From the NCBI GenBank assembly GCA_965644265.1, contig OZ286459.1, forward strand, positions 74,400,001 to 74,464,000: a stretch of DNA of 64,000 bases, in the 5' to 3' direction. A model generated the notes under the pieces. The model was given only the letters and a program-made list of their open reading frames with translations. It did not search any database and had not been told where the DNA came from. Shown here piece by piece: positions 26,101 to 39,800 of the stretch. This DNA comes from Glycera tridactyla. Taxonomy: Eukaryota. How positions within the stretch are numbered: the first letter of the stretch is position 1; each line of letters opens with the position of its first letter. The position numbers and the translations under genes are program-made.

Positions 26101-27813
26101 CATCGAGTATGTCTTAGCAGCACAACATTTTCAACAACAATATTTGGATACATGTATGTGACCAAGCTCTTTGAGGTCAAGAGTTTGAAGAATGCAGCAG
26201 AGTCTTGTCGAGTTAATATAATACTAGGGTGTGCTGAGTGGATATAAATTGAGCCAATTAGTGGGGTGTTTGGCTTCACCCTGCTTCCCTGTTGTGTGAC
26301 TGTCGGAGTAACTATAGAGCTCCAACTGGTATGTCTGGCAGTGTGTCCCATGTGGTGCATATATCAATGATGAAAATAACTTCAATGCAGATCTGCTGCT
26401 AATAGTGAGAGGATAAAGTGTTGAGGATTGAAGAAGACTAAGATTCCTGATGATCAAACCAGGTCGAGTTACACGTGGTACATGTGAACTTTCACCAGAC
26501 TGGTTCACCTATACTTGATCAGCATTGGGTCAGAAAATAGTTCCACTAAAAAGCAGATCCTTCAGATGAAAAAGCAAAAACAGCTTGAAAATTAGTTGCT
26601 GCAACAGTGGAATACAAGAAGAAACTGCAGCAGCAAAAAAATTCCTTTGGTGAGAGTGATGTTGACAAAGAATTTTTTCACTAAATTGCATTCACGACTT
26701 TTCATATTGACCCTCCTACATGCTGAGTGAATTTTGTCTCGTTATATCATCTCCAATACAGTTGAGTATGATGATGGAAATATCTATGGGTCTGTCACTG
26801 GGGCATTACAAAATGAAGCTAATCATGCCATCAGTGCAGCACATTGGGAATATTTCCCCCGAATGTGATGGCATGCACTCTGTTGAGTGCAAACCTAACA
26901 CTAGCGCATGCGGAGCCTGAATCGGGGTGGGTTATTGTGTGATAATTAGCATACTAATCGCACAATCACTTCAGTGCGAATTACAGCAAAGCCTTTGGCA
27001 TGCTCTCCCAACACCTACTGACTTAGACGTGTCATATTCTCACAGCAGGGGTGTGAAGGACAATTGTGTTTTCAGCACAAGTATTACAGTTGGTACCCAC
27101 CATCTATTATAATTAACTTGATTTATCCTGGCCATTAGTAGACATTCTCTAAACACCCATTTTCAATCAACCCGGGCATGAGAATGGGACCACTGAGTCT
27201 CATCTCTTCTCAACTTGTTGAAATGCATCAGATGCAGAACACACACACTGAAAGCCAAGTTTTATAATGCTTAAGTATTCGACCCTTTTACATTTACCCA
27301 CCACAAATTGAACAAAATCATATTCCTTAGGTAGTTCTTTCCTGAAATATTAAGCTAAATCTTATGTCCAATAAAATAAATGCATAATGTGACCTAGTTC
27401 TTTTTCGACATGTGGATGTATTTTCCATGTATGCCTCCTGACTAAACTCAATGAGAATCAATTATTGTAATGAAGGCAATCAATAAGTTCATTAAGAAAT
27501 ACTTAAAATTAATATAATTCTTGCAAACTTTGTTTGTTTCTGTCACATGAGTGGTGACATCAAACAAGAATTTGATTAGGTGTCTACAATTGAGAAGTTA
27601 CTGACAGACACAGCAGCATAGAAATAACAAAATATCATTGATTATTTCAATAAATATGATATGCACATCAATCACTCACTTTTCAAAAAAATGACAACAT
27701 ATCTCTTGAATCTATATATTGGCAATTTATAAAATTGTGATGCCAAGGGCAGAAACAATTATCAACCCTTATAGTACTTCATGCTCCAACAGACAAGCAT
27801 GCACACACACAAA

Positions 27814-27884
<71 letters not shown>

Positions 27885-30800
27885 AAACACACAATCTGTC
27901 CGGGAGGAAGAGAGAGGGGGGGAATACGGACAGATGGACGGACAGACAGACAGTGGCTTTGGTTGCATGATTAGATATAAGGGTGCGGTCCTGAGACCGG
28001 AGGATATACAAGCTGGTCAGATAGGATTTAGAGCTTATGCGATCAGAGAAAATGCCAGCAGTCAATGGTTGGATTAGCGTCTTCATTTACCAACAGCCAC
28101 CCCTGCCTCCTCACAACCATATCAGTGTCCATAATAAGTCAGCCTTGCTTCTGCAATTCTGCATCCACTTTTAAAATCAGTAGCAAAATGAAAAATACCT
28201 CTAGACAAAACTGTTCCATGTTTTAGATTGTAATCTTTGAAGATAATCCCTGTCCACATGGATACTTTACCATTTCTCTAGATTCTCTCAATGAACCTGA
28301 CTAAATTATGAGTTCACTGCTGTCCCACCCTGCATTACCAGTGCTACAATGAAGCATGCTTTGAAACATGCACTTCTTCATAACAATTTTCTTCACTCTG
28401 CACACAAAATAGGACATTGCAAGGGCACTTTAAAGTTTGCCGAAAATGGATCCATACCAGGCACATTTTGTCAGGCCAGAAAAGCTCCAGAACTGGAGCA
28501 ACTGTGCCATGTGTATTTACATGAATTACTCAACTTATGTTTTGTATTGCTATTGTATTTACACTATATTTTTGACGAGTATAAATAAAGAAAGTTCAAT
28601 CAATCGAATCAAACTGAAACTCTACTCTTGTAATACACATGCATTGCAATTGGAACAGAAGCACTCAGGCTCACCCCACTTATAAAGTAGGTCATCCTAG
28701 TGATGTACAATGCATTCATACTGATGAGACATTTTGTCAGTGAAATATCACCATGCCTATCATGTATTCAAGCAGCAATCATGCTGACCCACTTTGTGGT
28801 GAAGATGAACTGCCACGTTGTCACCCACAATAATTTTACAAATCAGTTTCGGTGAATAATTGATGAGGGTTGACACATGCTCATCTCCACATTAGGTTCT
28901 CTCTTGCAAGATTTTCATGACTTACTGAGCAGTGGCAAAAAGCAAATTTAGACGGTACAGTAGTAGTGATGACCCTTTCATATTACACGTAAATATGGTA
29001 GCATAAATTATGGGAAGGTCATAGAAATTTGGATCGCTATGAAAAAAGGCAGAAGCTTGTCTTTTAGATTTCTTACAGAAGATGCCATTTCAGCATTGAC
29101 TGCATGATTTTAGGCTCTTCAGTATCATCATTCATTGTAGCATATATCCGTCTCAAGTAATGTGCTTGTGGCATCAATCAGTCCACCTGAATATCCTCTA
29201 GGGTCATCTAAGCAGTTAAGTGCTCATCATATTAACAATACTGTCAAATTTCACAGTGAACAGAGAGAGGGACAAAAACATCTTCTGTACAAATATCCCT
29301 GAAGGAAATTTTGATATGTCAAATAGGCACAGCCTGGGGTTCTTCCCAGTGACCACAGCATCTTTAGCTGTCTAGGGAATTAAAAACATGCTGATCACTA
29401 CCTGTTTCTCAAAGAAAATATTGTTCTCCAGTGCTGAGCATGGTGATCAGTGAGAAATTTCTCAAATGGGCAGAGCCCAGAACCCCCCCCCCCCCCCCAC
29501 ACACACACACACAAAATTGTCAACCATTGTGGTTTAGTCCATGACATACATTTGATGGATTGTGAAGATGGGACTTGAATCAACCATAGCACCTGGGCTT
29601 CCCCCAAAACATTATGTACCGGGGAAAATGATGCCAGGCCATGTTGACAAGACTGCATGATTGAGTAGACATCACAGGCCAATGTACAACCTGCATCTTC
29701 TACACAATGAAACAACTAGCCCCGCTACTTAACACACTGATAAATTACACAAGAAATCCTGTGCGGTGTGATGTCAGATGTGGCTGATGGATTGGCAGAA
29801 GCCATGTGTGAGGCAGACAAAACACTGATGGATTATGCACCAAACACTGCCACTCCCAACGACATCCAATAAGGTCCAATCTATAAGCACCCATTTGTCA
29901 TGGGGACTGTGTATTCACTCAACACATCAGTAAAGTTCATGGAGAGGTCACACCCTAGTATTCACCCCTAGATTTTGATTAAGGCAGGGGATCATAGCTC
30001 AAATTATCTCTAACATGTGCTCATCATGAGAAATTCTTTCATCAGAAGATGTGTCTCAAAGTATGAGAAATGACATAAATCATATGCACCTGGATCCGAT
30101 CAGAACAGAATAGGTAGATCAATTCTAGGAGGAAAATGAGACCAGACCAGTGTCAAAGCTCAAAGAATGTGTTATATAGGATATAGGCATATTATGGGTA
30201 TATAGGTATATTATGTTTCTCAGTTTGTCTTGTAAATCCAACCTTAGGATAATTACACATTGTAAATATGTTTCATACAGAGCCTAAATGAAGTTTATTT
30301 ATCATATTTATCCTAAACCTTGATGATCACAAATATGCTGTCATTTAGCTAAGACTTGCCCCTGAATTTGTGCATTTATTTGTGCATTCAGCCCACTCAT
30401 GTAAAGCATCCACCACTGCCAACCAGCCACAGGTGCATATGTTGGCTGTGCATGTTTATAAACAGACCACTGCTAACTCACATTACAAAGTTAAATTTAT
30501 TTGGTAAATAACAATATGAATAAAATGATGCATGAGGGTACAATGCTGGGTGCATGGGTTGCTGGCTGATTTGCTTTTGACAACCTTGTCTCTATCCTAT
30601 TCAATTAGCAATGGGGCTTGCATCGGGGTTAGCAACTTCGATTATTTCAAATAATCAGGAACAATTTGAAGTGATTAGTGTCGAGGTAAGCTGGTTGAAT
30701 TAGACGGGGACCCACTCTCATCACAGACTGACTCATACAATGCTACTCAGCTGGGTGACCCGTCTTATGCACCTTACAAGTCTTCTCCATTTATGAAGAG

Positions 30801-33800
30801 GAGACACTGTCATCACCAGGGTTATACACACGCTCATAGTACCTCAAAACATCCACCATCTCATCTATTAATACCATAATTCCATAATAAAAATTCCTCC
30901 CTCGGCTCACTTAATGAGATGATGACTAGAGAATAAGAGAACTGATCATATAAGATACAGGCATGATGAGCCCAGGGTTTTCTTGTCATTCAATTGTCCT
31001 ACATGCAACTCACAATTAACATAAATAAATGTTCTACTCACCCACTTAGAGCATCGATAGGCCTTCGAACACCACCAGGATATTGATCGTTGCCACCATA
31101 ATCCATGTTGCCAACTCCTTCAATATCAATATCGAGATCATACTCGAAATCATCATCTTCATCATCTCGCATACGATCTCGGTCTTTACTTGGATTAGGA
31201 TTCGGCCCTGAAATGCACAAAATTTGCTTGCATCAATTACCATATTCCACAAGTATCTGCATCTGTAGTAAGACTGGTGAAAATCAGGTACACTTTCAAA
31301 ATCATTGAAAGAACTGGTAAACAGCAATGAGTGGATTGCTCTAACTAGTAATCATCAACAACTGATTTCAGACTGATTCATGAAGAAGCCTTCCTAACCA
31401 TCAAAGCCAAACATGATATTTTTCACATTGAGTTTGAGTGAAGCTCACCAGGAATTACTATTCCATCTTTGCATTTAGATTCACTTCCAGCAGGATTGGT
31501 TGGTTTTCCACAGGTGCTACTATTACAGTGTTTCAGGTGATATTGAAGAATTATGAGAGGATTGTGATGTATTACTTTGGTGTGTGTGTCAGGAAGTGTG
31601 ACCAAGATTTGACAGGTCGGGAACAAGTCAATGCCATCGCTGCATGTGTCATGCGTTCGATCTTACTCACATATAAACTTTAATGGCTTCATGTCAACAC
31701 AGATCAATACATCAGTGACTGCCACCCACTGCCTGAATGAACACCCTCAGGAGAATTAACACCGGGATGAAATTCATCTCAACACTGCAAACCTTCAGTC
31801 ATTCATCTCAACAGCAGTGGCGAAGATTAGACGACTGATCATGGGGAGCATGGAAATATTTGATAGATGTCTAAAATCCTGAAATGTTTCTAAATTTACA
31901 ACTTCCTTAGGTATGCTTGACATATCTAAGTTTGGGTAGGGTTGTGAATCTGACAAATATGAGTTCTGTGATTGTGAATGGTTGCAAAGTTTTAAATCAT
32001 CTAATGGAGGAAGGAAATCAATTCTTCACATCTTTCATTATTTGATATGCTGAGGAATTGGTGGAAACATCACTCAAAGGGACAGAGAAGAAGAAATGGT
32101 GAATTAGAACAGGTCATAGTCAAGCTGCTGATCGGTGCATCAGAAACCTTGCATAGCATCACTACTCAAGCAAGTATTTCTATCATTTTGGGCACAGAAA
32201 GGCAACCAATTTCATACATATAATGTGTAACGGTAATGGTATAAATCTATGCATATTCGTGAATTTGCATAACCTGACAGTATCAACTCATCTTAGTTTG
32301 AAACCCACTGTAATGTATCTGGGCGAAGACACAGGAAGGTTGCCATGGTGAGTGAAACATCCCCATCTTGTGCTTCTCTGATGACAGCAGCCTTCATCAC
32401 ACATGCCATCAGTGTTATTCCCTCCATCAGCCCCCAGCATCCTGCAACCTTCCACTCCATCTCAGAATCAAGAGGAAGCCAGCATAATTATCTTGTAATT
32501 GGCCTTTAATAAACTCTTGCATCTGCCCCCACATAACACGACTACTCTCGCCCTTTCATCATTTTACCAACCCTTGTGGACTAAAAGTCTCATCAGACTT
32601 CAGTTCCTATAAAAACATTACAAAGCCAAAGAGCTATGGCCACTCAACCATCACACGACCAAGACTGCTTGTATAGTGGTCGAAAATGTCGCGATCATTT
32701 CAAAACATCGTTCCAAAGTAAGTGAAACTAATTTCAACATGAGTCATCTTGGAACCAAAAACAAACTACATGTATTCGCAACTATTACAAAGGCAGTCAT
32801 TTGCTGAATGAGTCAAATTTCTTCTCCAATTTTTCATAACTACTACGAACAATCCATCAATGTTGCTTCATAAAAATGAGAAGGACATAGATTGAGCTGG
32901 ATGCTGACATTCTAAGAAGGCTGCAGCCTGGTGGTGTTTTTGCTTGAAATGCACATGGCTGGGTGTGCAATCAAAGATTGCATGACAGCCATCAGACAAG
33001 ACTGATTGTCTTCAGTTGTTCTATCATTTACTGACCGGACAAGTCAGAGGTCAAAGTACATCCCCAAACAATATGGGCCATGCAGATGACTGCCTCTTCT
33101 GAGATTTGTGTGATCTTCAGAAATACATACAGCTCAGCAGCATAGGACTTACTGACTCCAACTGCCATTGAGATGAATTCATTCTAATGGTTTAGGTACA
33201 TGTTTGATTGTATGGATTCTAATGATGAATGGAATCCACTGAGTGTAGGAGTAAATATACTTTTACAACTGAATATATTTTCAGTTTTCAGAAATAAAAT
33301 CACTTGTCGCACAATCCGATGGTTTGAACAAGCCCAATTATTGGTGGTGAAGATCTCAATGTCAGTCTTACAAAGGAATTGTTGGAAAAACACACTTAGG
33401 CATAAAAAATTAAACCATAGATGCTACCATCTATGATTAAACTGACAAGTAAGATACATCTCACTCATAATCCAAATTTTCTGGAATAAAATTGTAATCA
33501 TGATCTCCATGAGGTCTTGGTATGAAATCATACAATATTGTGATTAAAATGCAATGAGAATGGAAGGTGTTGTGATAGTGGCAGTTTCATTTGTCCAGGG
33601 TGTGATGATAAATAGGGGAGTTTGTGGGCGGTTGGCTACCTTGTGTTGTCTCGGGATTGATTCAGCAAGCATGAGTCAGCACCGGTGTCTTTCCAGCAGA
33701 AAAAAAATGATTAGCCTTTCTCACTCTGGCTAGTCAATCCACTATAATAAAAACATCCACCAAGACTATAAAATCAATGCGTACTTTGAAAGGATGGACC

Positions 33801-36800
33801 ACTGTTTCTATACGCTCATTCTATACACATTCAGCTTGAAACCACATCTGATGGCATAGATCAGTTTATCAAAATGCATCATTTTTGGCTGGGCCAGAAA
33901 TGCCCTCAAATATTTCACTATTTTCATTTTACTTGAATTACTTTGGTCTGAATATAATGAGAGTAAGTTGTAAGAGAGATTCATTTTGAAAGTTTGATTG
34001 CCTTTTTAAAAGCCACAGTGGACTAGCCATCAAACATGGAACATGTTCTCTTTAACAATGGTAGGAACTTTGCTTACTCTGAATGATGGAGGCAATGGAA
34101 TTCGATACATTGTATAAATTAAATCTCACCACGGACAGAATGAGGGGGGTCTGCAGAAGAAATGAGCGAGTAATCCATTCAATCAATTTGTGTAAATAAA
34201 AATATGGCAAGAAAGCTGGGGAGAAATTTCCATCTCAGGTCAGTGAGGGTTAGTCTGGCCTGCATATTAATTGACGAATGATCAGTGTTTAATACTGCTG
34301 GCACTCAGCGCTTGAGGAGCCAACAAGGCCAACCGCAGACCACCCTCCCTCCACACCCCTCCTTCGTGACTCTCTTTTGTCTCCCTCGGATGCCCTCAAG
34401 CCACCCCTTGTGAATCACCACTCCCACTGCATCCATAGGTATTCCTTCATGAAATTACAAATATGCGCTTCATGCAGGAAAGTGCGCTAATCTCAAGATG
34501 ATGCAGACCTTTCAGCGGAACAAAACACAGCCTATTTGTATTCAAATTGATGCACCTCATTCACTTTATTTTGTCACTCAGATTGGATGTGAGATCTTAC
34601 TCAAATTTGAATTTAATCACCAGTCATGAGAATTAGAAGGAAATAAGGGTAGATGCTCCGAGATTGAGATCACCAGCGACCCCCTTCTCCATTCACTGCC
34701 TTGGGAAATTTTCACGTTCATTTTATACATCAGGCTATTGTGATGGACACCTTAAAAATTCCAATCTCTGTGATTCTATATGCTACTTGAATATCAGCCT
34801 GTATTTGAGGTTCATCCAACATCATTTATTGCAATAATCGAAATACATCAAAACCAGCTAAATGAACCACCTCTGTACGAAGTCCACACCAAAGAGATAA
34901 GTGCAACAAGCTAACACCTTAAACTCCATTAAGTGTGGTTGCCCGAGACAGGTGCTATTTTACAATAACAAATAAGTCCAACTATTATAAGGCATATGGT
35001 TTGGATATATTTACCCTTCCGGATGTGACACCTTAAATGAGTTTTTGTATCAGACTTTCACTCACAATCCAAGAGTGAGGTGTTAATCAGTAGCAAAGCT
35101 GCTCACGTTAGATGCAGCTGCGAGTGTGAGCATTCTTTCACATGTGCATCAAGGGCACGTGCATCAACGGCATGTGCATGCCTCTACAGGGCTTTTATCC
35201 CCCTGGCCTGCATCTATAGAGTCACTTATATGGATTCAAAAACCTGCCTACAAAGCCACACAAAGCTTTTGTGATCAGTCAAAAGGGGAGAGGGAAAATG
35301 AGGGCATGAGCCATCTTTCCCAGTCGCAAGTTTTCCCACGAATGCCGCAAGCATGTTGCATAAAGGCTTGCTAACAGTGCATTCCTTAACCATCTTCATA
35401 CCAAATACATTTATATTCCCGAGTGCAGGAGTTCCTTCTGACCTACTGAAGCTTTCATGTCCATACTCAACTAAATGAGCCATTTCTCTGACAAAGCAGT
35501 GTGTACATATTGCACAAAAAAATCTTGCTCCACATATTCCATGATTACGAGGATCTCAAACCACTTTATGTAAGCTGACCATAACTTATTTTGTTACAAA
35601 ACCTACACAATACAAACTCCTACCTGTAAATTGCTAAGGTTGAGCTGATAAAAATAAACCCCAAGGTGTAAGCAAGAACTGCCTTCTTGCATGAATTTCC
35701 AACTGCACAGTGAAATGGCCTAATTGTGAGCATCCGGCAACTATTTCTGAGAATTTCAAGTGTTAGTACATTAGAACCACTGACGAGTAGGTGCCTTGAA
35801 TTCCATCAAGTTGTTGGGCAGAGGTATATTTGCAAGAGGATGGATAGAACCATGCTCCAAAGAAAGCACTTGATTTTCACAGGTAATTGCTCATCACGGA
35901 CTTGCTTGACACAGGTCTCATGGTATCACAAAAAAAAGAAGCTTGATGCTTTCCATTCCAAGAAATAGAATCGTCAGATGGGTGAGATGTTGGTGATGAT
36001 ACAAGAGGCCTCAGGGAGTCATTGAGCCCAGTACAGAGTCAATATGAGTCATGGCATAACACATAACCCTATATCAAACCTCCAATAATCTGACAACTAT
36101 CATTCTAATGTGAATATCATAACCGGCATCCAGGAGGCAAGCCCCATGGTGGCTGCTTTTAGGCAATGCTCATGTGTCACCTTACTCTGAAATATGCATC
36201 TATGTCAACCCAACATTTATCATGACTCCTACGATAAAATTCATGATTTGAAAGGATTTGCTGGATATCGTATGGAATGGCTCTAAGTGGCTTAGCCGGC
36301 AACGATGGCTGAGGCACTTTGTGTTGGATGACAGATGAGGGAATGTCAGAGAACATATAGGTCACGCAGGGAGACTCATATTATTTTATAAGATCCACTA
36401 GCCATCTGGTGGCAGGTAGCATATTAGGCGATTAGCTCAGCGAATCTGCAGCGGACATTTGCCTGCATACTGCAGATGAATCAACATGTGACCATCCACT
36501 GCTTTTGTTCTGGAGCCTCTGTGGTGATGGTTATGGCCAACATTCTTCAAAATGATGTGACAAGTGACACTTTCACCTCCACAATAGTTTCCACCCATGC
36601 TTTTGCTGCTAGATCAAGCAGAATATAAGATCACTACATGTCTTTACAAAAAAGCTGCATGGCAATTGGTGCTGTTTAATTCCCCAAAGGTATCATGTCA
36701 GTGGACAAGAATATGCGCATGAGCAATTGCAAAATGCATGAGTGCCAGTATCTGGATATTCAATGAGGCTTTTGAAATTAGTGTTTTGGAATAGAACATC

Positions 36801-39800
36801 AACATTGGTGATTCCAGATGTATGTGTGAACAGACCACAGTTATTGATAGAGTACATTTTGAATCTCGAATTCATGATGATGACATGTAACGTTACTAAT
36901 TCTTATATATGACATTGATCACCTAAATCAATCAATCAATCAGTCAATCAATCTATCAATCAGCAAATCTTATCCTAACGAAACAATTCTACCTCCACTG
37001 AAAATCTTAAAAGGCGAGGGACAGTGGTGCTACTCCTTTCTGGCCCCAAACAGAAATTGTGTTGGGGTGGGGAGACAAAACAATAGGATAATGTTCCGAT
37101 GATGCAATCCTGCAAATTCACACATACTTGATTTGTGATGAAAATCATCAGATATCTCATATGATCAGAGTAATAAAGTGAATAAACTTGGAAATTGGAT
37201 GACAATTGATACAGCAAACAGACTAGAGATTATTTATCTAAAGACAAAAAATGGAAGAGTTGCCTACAGTATTTGTGCGGCAATTATAAAAATCCCATGC
37301 ATAGATCTGTCACCAAAAGTGGCTTGAAAAAGTAATTTCGAGACTGGCATATTTTTATCAGATGCAATGTGAACTGGCTGTTGTGATGAAACATATCATT
37401 GACCTGACTGAGAGATGAATCAAATTGCTATTCTATTTTTCTCCCCCTTTCAAGATATTTCTAGGAGAGCTGAAAGCTAATCAGTATCTCATCTATGCTG
37501 ACCATGTACTCTACCTGGTAGCAAATTTGAATGGGACTTCTGAGTTATTTCATTCAAAAGGTTTATTGTCTTTTGGGAGTGGTCTGATAATAATTCAATG
37601 GTCTCACTCAGAATCAGGACATAAATGGACCATTGCTGACCAGCACATAATGTTTGTGAAGTGCAGTGAAACCTATCTTTAAAGGCCACCTTCAGTTGCA
37701 TCAAAAAGTGGCCTATATAGAGAGGTCATTTACTGTAGAAAATCCCATCACGGTCACAGCTCAGGGTGGCCTTTATAGGCAGGTGGCCGTTATGGAGAGG
37801 TCATCTCTCCAGCAAAACTGTATTGCATCAATGTTTTTTCTGTTCAAAATGATCTCAGCAAGGGTATCCATATAAAGATGCTGCGCTGAAAGAGTGCTAG
37901 CATGTTCTGCCTGCCCCAAGTGTGGCCACCCATTCTGCTTTACAGCATGAAGGAGGGGAGAACAGGGGCCCTATGAAGGGGGGAAGTATCAATCCTGCAA
38001 GCCCTACACCTCCCTATCGGATAAATCACAATTATCTGGCTATTGTTCATTCATGCTTCTCCACTGCCTACAAAAGACATGATGATCGTACAAGCCATCC
38101 CATCCATCCTCTAATGCAATCATCAAATAGCCACTGTTCATCATCATGAATGTTACCTTTNNNNNNNNNNNNNNNNNNNNNNNNNNNNNNNNNNNNNNNN
38201 NNNNNNNNNNNNNNNNNNNNNNNNNNNNNNNNNNNNNNNNNNNNNNNNNNNNNNNNNNNNNNNNNNNNNNNNNNNNNNNNNNNNNNNNNNNNNNNNNNNN
38301 NNNNNNNNNNNNNNNNNNNNNNNNNNNNNNNNNNNNNNNNNNNNNNNNNNNNNNNNNNNNNNNNNNNNNNNNNNNNNNNNNNNNNNNNNNNNNNNNNNNN
38401 NNNNNNNNNNNNNNNNNNNNNNNNNNNNNNNNNNNNNATATTGGTAGCCAGTGAATACTTTGTCAATTACAACCTCTATAAATGTTAGGCCCCCTGATGA
38501 GACCAACTCTGAGACCCCTGATGAGACCAACTCCAATGAGAGACATTCTTTTTCAATGAGAGACATTCTTACTCAAAGCAATTTTCCTATTTGATGTAGT
38601 TGATAATACCTCTGCATTGAAACTACCTCTTTTGAGAGACCACTCTGGTGATATTTGGGGTGGTCTTTTGAGCAGGTTTGACTGTACCCCCTCCAATCTT
38701 ATCTTTGAGGCTTCCTTACAGGGCACAATACCTGATTTCTCTCCATGAGCACCCTGATTATAAGGTTGTCTTATCATGGATAATTGATGAGGGAGCTACA
38801 ATATGAATATATTTGTGGAGGGAAACTGAACCAGCATAGCAGTGTTGGCAGTTTGCTACAGTGACTATGCATAATAAGTGGACATGAATAGGCAGTGGGA
38901 GAGCAGTAAATCTAACATGACATGATATGTTTCCTGGACTTCCCATAAAGAGCTCCCATCAAATCTTATCATACTCCATGGGGAGTTTTTACACTGCTCT
39001 GCAATAACTAACAGCTCCCTGATTTCAGATGAAAGTAGCCAGTCATGCAAGCCAACTGGTAGCCTAATTCCTGATGCAGGACCAGATAGTAAATATAATG
39101 ATGGCCGCAGAATGGCATTATTTAGTACTTTGTGATTACCTTGGGAACTATCAGTGCAGTATCAAACAGGCAATGAATTGCTTTTACGCATGTATCTTAT
39201 TAGGCTGAACGAGAGTTGTGTCCTGGGCACATTCATCATTATATTTATGGTGAGACACATGGATGATAACATGGAAGCCTTTCGAACAGACGATTGAAAA
39301 GGAATAATCACAATGAAATTGATATTTTGTGAAAGTTGATGTGCTATTTTTCTCATTCACTAGAGTTAGTCATGGTGAAACATTTGTGCTCACTGTTCAT
39401 TAAAATTTCCTGGTTTCTGATCTCCAGTATACAACATTTAGGCATATGAATTAATAGCGGGATTTTGGAAATTTACTCTCCCAGTGGATATGAAAGGACA
39501 TGAACTAATCAATCGAGATACAATGATGACCAGTACAGTCAACACAGAAGACAATGGAAATATTTTTTATGTGGAAGAAATCAGTATACCAAATATTGCG
39601 CTCCCCTTGAAGTAACAGAGCGAGTTACTGTACCATCTCATAATACGGCTATGAAAAGAAATTTACAGTTCCTCTTGTTTAGTCAAACACTTAAAGCTGA
39701 GAAAGAATTATGAGCTACAGTCATACTGTTGTGTCAAACAGATAAAGTGGGGAAAGTACAAGTGAACTATACCAATACTACCTGTGGCTTCGAGCAGCTG

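Noticed and set aside
28330-28610. Possible CR1/L2 3'UTR remnant (AATAAAG followed by TCAATCAATC); similar at 57040-57085
   Set aside because: No coding remnant or second copy in the window to support it.
29000-29270. Strong minus-strand acceptor (ctctctctgttcactgtgaaatttgacag) followed by gene-like peptide fragments
   Set aside because: In-frame stop after 8 codons in the phase required by Ror; other frames need frameshifts and match no family I recognise.
30702-30765. Hairpin AGACGGG-GACCCA...TGGGTGA-CCCGTCT downstream of the linker exon
   Set aside because: Short stem with a large unpaired interior; no miRNA-length duplex or snoRNA boxes; expected by chance in 64 kb.
31815-31950. hAT-like termini CAGTGGCGAAGATTAG (31815) and CAGTGGGAGGTTTAGGGGG (48338)
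   Set aside because: No matching right TIR or 8-bp TSD could be found.
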